The position numbers and the translations under genes were made by a program. DNA of 64,000 bases from an uncultured Oscillibacter sp. (GTDB lineage Bacteria; Bacillota; Clostridia; Oscillospirales; Oscillospiraceae): the NCBI RefSeq assembly GCF_910584465.1, contig NZ_CAJUBK010000001.1, positions 116,852-180,851 on the forward strand, written 5' to 3'. Shown piece by piece: positions 58,268-64,000 of the stretch (positions are counted from its first letter, which is position 1; every line of letters begins with the position of its first letter). The notes under the pieces are model-generated. The model saw only the letters and a list, made by a program, of their open reading frames with translations, was not told where the DNA came from and searched no databases.

Positions 58268-58491
58268 GCCCGCCATTGATAACCTGATTGGTCGGATTCT
58301 TCGGTGCCGATGTCCGTCAGCAGCCCCTTCAGCTCCGGGAAGGGCATGGAGTAACGCTGGCTCAGGTACCGGAGGGAGGCCCCCAGCTCACCGTCCGGCC
58401 CGCCGTATTGGGAGATGATGACCGCCGCCAGCTTCGGGTTGGGGGTCTTGACCTTCACAGGGTATTCCAGCTTCTTCTCATATACGAACAT
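58264..58491 (-). pseudogene. cotJC: 5' fragment of spore coat Mn-catalase-like CotJC, interrupted by the prophage
   Basis: MFVYEKKLEYPVKV..PNPKLA..IISQYGGPDGELGASLRYLSQR...LTDIGTEE, then 10 unrelated codons and a stop; coupled to cotJB. Confidence 0.9.
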
Positions 58492-58955
58492 CAGTCGTTC
58501 CCTCCTAAGTCCCAGGGCCACGGGTCCTTCAGCCAGGCGTAGCCGTCCTCCGGGGTCAGATCCCTGCTCATCAGGGGGCCGTACATCTTCTGATACCTCT
58601 CCCGGCCCTCTTTGGCCAGCTTGAGATAAGACCAGTAGAGCTGCAGGACCTCCTGGTCATCGGCGTGGGTGTCCAGGTACAGGTTCAGCTCCTTGATGGC
58701 GAAGTCCAGGGCCATCAGCTCCACCAGGGCGGTGTTGGACAGCTTCGTCTTCGCCTGGATGGCCGCCTTGAAGGGCAGGTCCAGGCCGGGGAACAGGGTG
58801 CCGGCCTGCAGCGCCTCTGTCCGGCCGAAGCGGGGAGGGTTCTTCTCCTGCATGGGGATATAAGGGAACGCCAGCGGCGCGCATCTGGGGAGCGTGCCCG
58901 CCCCCGTGCCGCAGGAGCCGCCGGTCGTTTGATCGGGTCTTTCCATATCGCTCAA
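58491..58955 (-). CDS. cotJB: CotJA-CotJB fusion spore coat protein
   Basis: LAFPYIPMQ..EAL..GTLFPGLDLPF (CotJA-like) plus DFAIKELNLYLDTH, YGPL, PWPWD (CotJB). Confidence 0.85.
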   Translation of the reverse strand: MSDMERPDQTTGGSCGTGAGTLPRCAPLAFPYIPMQEKNPPRFGRTEALQAGTLFPGLDLPFKAAIQAKTKLSNTALVELMALDFAIKELNLYLDTHADDQEVLQLYWSYLKLAKEGRERYQKMYGPLMSRDLTPEDGYAWLKDPWPWDLGGND

Positions 58956-59072
58956 AAGCCTCCTTGTGTAAGGATGGCGCGAGGGAGCCTCGCGCTCGTT
59001 ATAGTGTATGCGGAGGAGGGGAGCAGGGCTACCGGCGGGCCGGGGGGATGGGACGATCGTTCGGGGGACGCC

Positions 59073-59101
59073 TTGCTTTTCGCGGCGTGCTTTGGTATAA
59101 T
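59073..59101 (+). promoter_or_regulatory. Sigma-A promoter for the amidase-radA genes
   Basis: TTGCTT-17 bp-TATAAT with extended TG. Confidence 0.6.
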
Positions 59102-59133
59102 GGCGTCGATGGGGCGCGCCCGTTGGAGAGATC

Positions 59134-59163
59134 GCATATGGGATAAGCCGTCGGACATATCCT
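59134..59163 (+). promoter_or_regulatory. Possible sigma-E promoter
   Basis: GCATATG-15 bp-CATATCCT. Confidence 0.4.
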
Positions 59164-59196
59164 CATAGCACTTGATGCGATGAGGAGGCGTCGGCT

Positions 59197-59922
59197 GTGA
59201 TCGTCCTGGTGCGTAAACGCGATCTGATACTCTCCGGCTTGTTCTGCTGTTTCTTCTTCGGCCTGGCGGCCGTGCTGTGGAACGGGAACGCCGTACCGGC
59301 CTTCCATGTCCGGGACGAAGTCCCCGTCACGGTGGTGATCGATCCCGGCCACGGCGGGGAAGATGGGGGAGCGGTGTCCCCCGGCGGCGTGGCGGAGAGC
59401 CAGATCAACCTGGCGGTGTCCCTGCGGGTCAGCAGCCTCCTGCGTTTCGCGGGCCGGAGGACCCTCCTCACCAGGAGCGAAGACGTGACCATCTGTGATG
59501 AGGGGCTGGACACCATGCGCCAGCGGAAGGTCTCCGACCTCAAGAACCGGGTGGGGCTGGTGGAGGCGTCCGAGGCCGCCGTCCTGCTGAGCATCCACCA
59601 GAACAGCCTGCCCTCGTCCCCGGTGACCCACGGGGCCCAGGTGTTCTGGAACCGGCAGGAGGGGGCGGAGGCGCTGGCAGGCAGCATCCAGGAGGCCCTG
59701 AACGCCGGCATCAACGCCGGGAACGAGAAGCATCCCCGGCAGATCCCCGACAGCATTTATCTGATGAAGAACATCTCCGCACCGGGAGTGCTGGTAGAAT
59801 GCGGTTTCCTCTCCAACGGACCGGAGACGGAGCGCCTGCAGGATCCCGCCTATCAGCTGCGGCTGGCGGCCGCCATCGCGGCGGGCTGTCTGGACGGCGG
59901 CGGGACGGAGCGTGCCGAATGA
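59197..59922 (+). CDS. N-acetylmuramoyl-L-alanine amidase (Amidase_3, CwlD-like)
   Basis: N-terminal TM, IDPGHGGEDGG, E..INL, SIHQN, LVECGFLSN. Confidence 0.85.
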   Translation: MIVLVRKRDLILSGLFCCFFFGLAAVLWNGNAVPAFHVRDEVPVTVVIDPGHGGEDGGAVSPGGVAESQINLAVSLRVSSLLRFAGRRTLLTRSEDVTICDEGLDTMRQRKVSDLKNRVGLVEASEAAVLLSIHQNSLPSSPVTHGAQVFWNRQEGAEALAGSIQEALNAGINAGNEKHPRQIPDSIYLMKNISAPGVLVECGFLSNGPETERLQDPAYQLRLAAAIAAGCLDGGGTERAE

Positions 59923-59937
59923 GTATGGAGGATACGG

Positions 59938-61299
59938 ATGAAACAGCCGAAGACGCTCTTCTATTGTACGGAGTGCGGCAATGAGACGCCGAAGTGGGCG
60001 GGACGCTGTCCCGCCTGCGGCGCTTGGAACACGGTGGTGGAACGCCCGGAGCCCGTGGTGAAGGGGAAGCGGCCGTCTCCCGTCCGCATCACAGATCCCC
60101 CGAAGGCCCGCCCGGTGACGGAGCTGGGGGACAGCGTGGAGATCCGGTTCTCCACAGGGATGGGGGAGCTGGACCGGGTCCTGGGCGGCGGCGCCGTCAA
60201 GGGCTCGCTGGTCCTGGTGGGGGGCGCTCCCGGCATCGGGAAATCCACGCTGATGCTGCAGATCTGCGGCAAGCTCTGTGAGTTCGCCAAGGTGTTGTAT
60301 GTATCCGGCGAAGAGTCCCAGCATCAGCTGAAGCTCCGGGCCCAGCGGCTCCATGTGGAGAGCCGGGACCTCCTGGTCCTGTCGGAGACCGGGCTGGGGG
60401 AGATGCTGGAGGCGGTGGAGCAGGTCCGGCCGGACGTGCTGATCGTGGACTCGATCCAGACGCTGTACAGCGGCGCGCTGGACTCCCCGGCGGGCAGCGT
60501 CAGTCAGGTGAAGGAGTGCACCATGGCCCTGATGCAGCTGGCCAAGGGGAGCGGCATCACGGTGTTCGTCATCGGCCATGTGAACAAGGAGGGGTCCATC
60601 GCCGGGCCCAAGGTCCTGGAGCACATGGTGGACTGCGTGCTCTACTTCGAGGGGGACCGGCACACCTTCTGCCGCATCCTCCGGGCGGCGAAGAACCGCT
60701 TCGGCGCCACCAACGAGATCGGCGTCTTCGAGATGGGGGACAGCGGGCTGGAAGAGGTGGAGAACCCCTCCCGGATGCTGCTGTCCGGCCGTCCGGAGGG
60801 GGCGCCGGGCACCTGCGTCGCCTGTGTCATGGAAGGCGCCCGCCCGGTATTGGCCGAGGTCCAGGCACTGGTGGTGGCTTCTTCCGGGGGGAGCCCCCGG
60901 CGGACCAGCAACGGCTTCGACTATAACCGGGCGGCCATGCTGCTGGCGGTGCTGGAGAAGCGGGGAGGGCTGAAGCTGTCCTCCTGCGACGCCTATTTGA
61001 ACATCATCGGCGGCCTGCAGCTGGACGAGCCCGCCGCGGACCTGGCCGCGATCGTCGCATTGGCCTCCAGTTACCTGGACGAGCCCGTCCCCGGTGACCT
61101 GGCGGCCATCGGGGAGGTCGGGCTCACCGGGGAGCTGCGGAGCGTCAGCCAGCTGGACCAGCGGATCGCCGAGATCCGCCGGTTGGGGTTCAAGCGCTGT
61201 GTGGTCCCGGATCACCGGGGGCTGGAGAGCTCCGCGGATCTGCGGCTCCTGCCCGTTCGGAATATCGGTGAGGCGATCCGAGCTGCTTTGCGGGGATGA
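59938..61299 (+). CDS. radA: DNA repair protein RadA/Sms
   Basis: C4 zinc finger, GAPGIGKST, KNRFG, Lon-like C-terminus. Confidence 0.96.
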   Translation: MKQPKTLFYCTECGNETPKWAGRCPACGAWNTVVERPEPVVKGKRPSPVRITDPPKARPVTELGDSVEIRFSTGMGELDRVLGGGAVKGSLVLVGGAPGIGKSTLMLQICGKLCEFAKVLYVSGEESQHQLKLRAQRLHVESRDLLVLSETGLGEMLEAVEQVRPDVLIVDSIQTLYSGALDSPAGSVSQVKECTMALMQLAKGSGITVFVIGHVNKEGSIAGPKVLEHMVDCVLYFEGDRHTFCRILRAAKNRFGATNEIGVFEMGDSGLEEVENPSRMLLSGRPEGAPGTCVACVMEGARPVLAEVQALVVASSGGSPRRTSNGFDYNRAAMLLAVLEKRGGLKLSSCDAYLNIIGGLQLDEPAADLAAIVALASSYLDEPVPGDLAAIGEVGLTGELRSVSQLDQRIAEIRRLGFKRCVVPDHRGLESSADLRLLPVRNIGEAIRAALRG

Positions 61300-61405
61300 A
61301 GTGCACGCAGGCGCCGCCCAATGCGGGCAGTCCCGCGGCGGCGGCGCTGTCCAGCGTGCACAGGCCGTCGGCTTGGTATACGCATCCACTGGTACACGGG
61401 ATCAA
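61190..61405 (-). CDS. Small Cys-rich protein
   Basis: RBS GGAGG with TTG; IPCTSGCVYQ.DG.C.L...CVHF; overlaps the radA 3' end. Confidence 0.4.
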   Translation of the reverse strand: MIPCTSGCVYQADGLCTLDSAAAAGLPALGGACVHFIPAKQLGSPHRYSERAGAADPRSSPAPGDPGPHSA

Positions 61406-61768
61406 GGAAGATCCCTCCGTTCTGTTCGGTGATGGGATAGTTTGACCGGGGCAGCGGGTTTTTATGAGCGGAGTTCGGCCTGGGAGCCGGATAGAGGCCC
61501 GGGAAGAACCAGGGTCTGTGGAAAAGATCAGGAGGAAGGAGGCCGGATCGGGATATAGGCGATCGAACAAAATGGATCTAGGTTTTGTTGCGAAATGACC
61601 GCTGGAACAGGCCGGGAGCTGTACCACTGAAAAGAGTGGGAAAACAGCTTCCGGCCTGATATTTTGCAACAACAACCGTTATTTTGTTCGGTCGCCCCCA
61701 GGTGGGGGAGCGAGTGTATCACATGCCCGGCAGCCGGCGCGCTGCTGCAGCGTGATCATTGTAATACG

Positions 61769-61990
61769 CTATAGGCGGGGGAGGGGGAACTGGAAGGACT
61801 CGCTGACCTTGTCGGACCACTCCAGCAGAGCGTTGACTGCGTCCCGGACCTCTTCCTGGCTTTCTTCAAGGCGTCCTAATCGCTCGTTCACGGAATCCAA
61901 TCGCTCATCCATAGAATCCAATCGTTTATTGACAGGTTCCAATTCTTCTTTCATGATTGCGCGGATCGCCTGCAGATTTTGTTCTGTCAT
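61769..61990 (-). CDS. Small heptad coiled-coil protein
   Basis: RBS GGAGGTG; RLDSMDE/RLDSVNE repeats. Confidence 0.65.
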   Translation of the reverse strand: MTEQNLQAIRAIMKEELEPVNKRLDSMDERLDSVNERLGRLEESQEEVRDAVNALLEWSDKVSESFQFPLPRL

Positions 61991-62039
61991 GAAGCCCACC
62001 TCCTGAGAACAGTATAGCATGGCTGTCAATATCTCCAAT

Positions 62040-62855
62040 TTATGTAGGCTTTTCTAGATTGATGATAGCTCTGCATTTAGGGAAGTTGGAACAACCATAA
62101 AATTTTTGCCCTTTGTTCACGCCTTTTGATGCGGTCCTTAGGACCATAGCACTTCCGCATTTGGGGCATAAAATCGTTGTTGGCTTATCTGGTTCTTTAG
62201 AAGGCTCTCTGGTAGAAGGGGCAGATTTGATTTTTTGGATCCCTTCGATATGTGTCTTTTTTTCTTCAGTAGTCACATCTGTAAGGGGTAAAAGCTCCTC
62301 GTACATTGAATCTATCTGCTCTTTTGTAAAAACAGCCGGGGATCCTTTAATCCCTGCCCGGATAGATTTTAACATGTCAGGCCGTTTGATCACGACGGTA
62401 TTTTCGGACTTTTCGCAAATCTTTTTCAACTCACAGCGTTCACTGAATACAATGTACGAGAGGATCCGTGTTTTATCATCTAATTTCAAATACTGTTTCA
62501 GTGCTCGAATGTGAGTCTTATTTTGCAGTATAGGATTGTAAAAACGATTCTTTGTGTGCTTATTTAGAAACTGTGTCCAGTATTGACCGTTTTCATCGCC
62601 GAAGATCCATCCGCTATAGTTTTTGCTCTCGAAAACGTAGATCCCGGTCTCATGGAGCAAGACCACATCGAGTTCACTAGTCCGGCCTTTGTAGGGCAAA
62701 TATATGTTGCATAGTTGTTTGGAATATCCAGGGAGGCTCTTCAGTGCATACTCGATCAGATATTCCCCAAAGTGTCCAGGATCGTCAGAATGCAGCCATT
62801 GGTCAAACAACCCGGGTTCTTCACCCTTCAGCCATGCAATAAAGCCCATTATCAA
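62040..62855 (-). CDS. NERD nuclease-domain protein with topoisomerase-type C4 zinc ribbon
   Basis: G.FGE, ELDVV, ESKNYSGWIFG, NPI.QN..H; CPKCG..M.LR...FYGCSNFPKC; low GC. Confidence 0.88.
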   Translation of the reverse strand: MIMGFIAWLKGEEPGLFDQWLHSDDPGHFGEYLIEYALKSLPGYSKQLCNIYLPYKGRTSELDVVLLHETGIYVFESKNYSGWIFGDENGQYWTQFLNKHTKNRFYNPILQNKTHIRALKQYLKLDDKTRILSYIVFSERCELKKICEKSENTVVIKRPDMLKSIRAGIKGSPAVFTKEQIDSMYEELLPLTDVTTEEKKTHIEGIQKIKSAPSTREPSKEPDKPTTILCPKCGSAMVLRTASKGVNKGQKFYGCSNFPKCRAIINLEKPT

Positions 62856-62879
62856 GATGCCTCCATCTCTATATCGAGA

Positions 62880-63110
62880 TTATATTTTTTCAGATTTACC
62901 TCTCGTGCCTATGAGCCAATCCACTGAAACTCCATAAAAGTCAGCCAGGATGCCAAGTTTTTCTATGTCCGGTTCCGTTCTGCCTGTTTCATATTTTGCA
63001 ATCTGTGATTGATGGATCCCAGTCTCTTTCTGGACCTCTCTTTGACTAAAGCCCGTGTTCTCGCGGGCTTTTTTTAGTTTTCCAGGAAAAGATTCTCGAT
63101 ACATAGCCAA
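62880..63110 (-). CDS. XRE-family HTH repressor
   Basis: LKKARE..G.SQ.EV...GI.Q..I.KYE.G.TEP...LADFYGVSVDWL. Confidence 0.9.
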   Translation of the reverse strand: MAMYRESFPGKLKKARENTGFSQREVQKETGIHQSQIAKYETGRTEPDIEKLGILADFYGVSVDWLIGTRGKSEKI

Positions 63111-63142
63111 TCTCCTTTACGAGTCAATTTAAGCATCACGCG

Positions 63143-63389
63143 CAAAAGAAACGAGTTAAATTTTACATCAATGGCGATTCCGAAAAGGAATCTAATATGC
63201 TAAAATTAGATCATTGATCGTTTTGATTTTAAGAAGTGAATCAAAAACTGTCAAGAATGTCAGCCACAAAAGAAACGAGTTAAATTTTACATCAATATCG
63301 ATTCCAAAAAAGAATCTAATATGCTAGGATTAACTCATTGATCGTTTTGATTCTAAGAAGTGGATCAAAAACTGTCAAGAATGTCAGCC
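63143..63389. repeat. Tandem duplication of a 123-bp promoter/operator unit
   Basis: 63143-63265 vs 63267-63389, 10 mismatches; each has a minus-strand TTGACA-17-TA(A/G)AAT and GATTCC-N5-(G/A)GAATC. Confidence 0.9.
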
Positions 63390-63473
63390 CGGTTGGCAAC
63401 AGGGCTGGCGGGTGGGCGGGTAGCTACTGATCTGTGGCACGGGAAATCAAAGTAGAAAGGAGGACAAGGCAAG

Positions 63474-63743
63474 ATGGCGGATGTAGCGAGATTGGTAGGT
63501 ATGGAAGTGAGAGAGTACGAGAAGGACGGACAGAAGCGGCAGTTTTGCGGGCTTCACCTGGTGTACGTCGAGGGATCGTTCGACGAAGTAATCGGGAGTC
63601 GTGTGGAGGAGACGAGCTGTCCTCGGAGCGTAGATCCGAACGCCCTGGAGGTGGGGCATCTGTATGAGCTGGGCTATGAGCACTACAAAATGAAGGGCCA
63701 GCTGTGCGCCCGGCTGAAGACGCTGGACCCTGTGGAGGGCTGA
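63474..63743 (+). CDS. Small beta-rich protein, possibly ssDNA-binding (OB-fold-like)
   Basis: RBS AAAGGAGG; first gene divergent from XRE; beta-strand pattern. Confidence 0.5.
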   Translation: MADVARLVGMEVREYEKDGQKRQFCGLHLVYVEGSFDEVIGSRVEETSCPRSVDPNALEVGHLYELGYEHYKMKGQLCARLKTLDPVEG

Positions 63744-63744
63744 C

Positions 63745-64000
63745 GTGGAAGACTATACGGAAGACTTCAGCTCGGAGCTGGAGAGGGATGACTACATAGA
63801 AGAGGACGAACCCGTCCCGGAGCCGGAGGCCCCGGAAGGCCCCAGCGGACCAGGACCGGAGCCGGGAGCCTCGGGAGAGGGCCCCAGCGGGCCCGGGGCG
63901 GAGTCCCCGGAGGAGCCGGAGCCGGAAGAGCTCCCGGGCGAGCCGGAACCAGAGACGCCGCCCTCGGAGGAGGACGGCAGCCAGATGCAGGATCTGATCG
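63745..64000 (+). CDS. Acidic Pro/Glu-rich protein, 3'-partial
   Basis: RBS GGAGG with GTG at 63745; frame is open to the window end. Confidence 0.5.
   Translation, partial: MEDYTEDFSSELERDDYIEEDEPVPEPEAPEGPSGPGPEPGASGEGPSGPGAESPEEPEPEELPGEPEPETPPSEEDGSQMQDLI

Larger units (their letters stand above)
1..58296 (+). mobile_element. Temperate myovirus-type (PBSX/Xkd-like) prophage, left end outside window, right junction inside cotJC
   Basis: Co-oriented replication, terminase, portal, capsid, sheath/tube, baseplate and lysis genes; phage-like ORFs stop where the cotJC reading frame breaks (~58297). Confidence 0.93.

Noticed and set aside
58280..58320. Exact att core and inverted repeats at the junction
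   Set aside because: No convincing symmetry; the other junction is needed to define it.
59003..59030. Mother-cell sigma promoter for the cotJ operon (CATACACT on the minus strand)
   Set aside because: The -10 fits but no convincing -35 lies at the right spacing, so it is not listed as a feature.
59029..61389. Long minus-strand ORF (786 aa) and similar antisense ORFs throughout the window
   Set aside because: Shadow frames of GC-rich genes (amidase, radA, phage structural genes) with no motifs or RBS.
62023..62050. dif-like site (TTATGTAGGCT) as an integration site for the second element
   Set aside because: Only one arm resembles the Firmicutes dif consensus, and it overlaps a stop codon.
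63143..63389. CRISPR array
   Set aside because: Only two long adjacent copies with no spacers and no cas genes; no CRISPR array was seen in the window.

Overview
Positions 1-~58296 are the right-hand part of a temperate, contractile-tailed (PBSX/Xkd-like) prophage in a high-GC spore-forming Clostridia host (Oscillospiraceae-like, inferred). Gene order is recombination/replication, a ParB-ParB-radical SAM-PLP cassette, terminase/head, tail, lysis, then a repressor-controlled cluster of small genes. The prophage appears to be integrated inside the spore-coat gene cotJC; the integrase and the 3' half of cotJC would lie left of the window. The clearest system is a complete diversity-generating retroelement (Avd-like gene, TR, RT). 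One template diversifies two genes: the adjacent tail-fibre gene (VR1, 15 substitutions, all at TR adenines) and a non-structural gene about 37 kb away in the early region (VR2, 17 substitutions, all at TR adenines). Other signals: a pseudoknotted type II hammerhead ribozyme, a low-GC moron sharing the C-terminal peptide of the MuF-like head protein, a frameshifting poly-G tract, an iteron-like origin detached from the initiator gene, an SbcD-SbcC fusion and a candidate DNA-modification cassette. Host cotJA/B fusion, an amidase and radA follow. A second accessory element (NERD, XRE, 123-bp tandem control duplication, SSB-like gene) starts near 61.7 kb. All calls come from reading motifs and synteny; no database searches were run.
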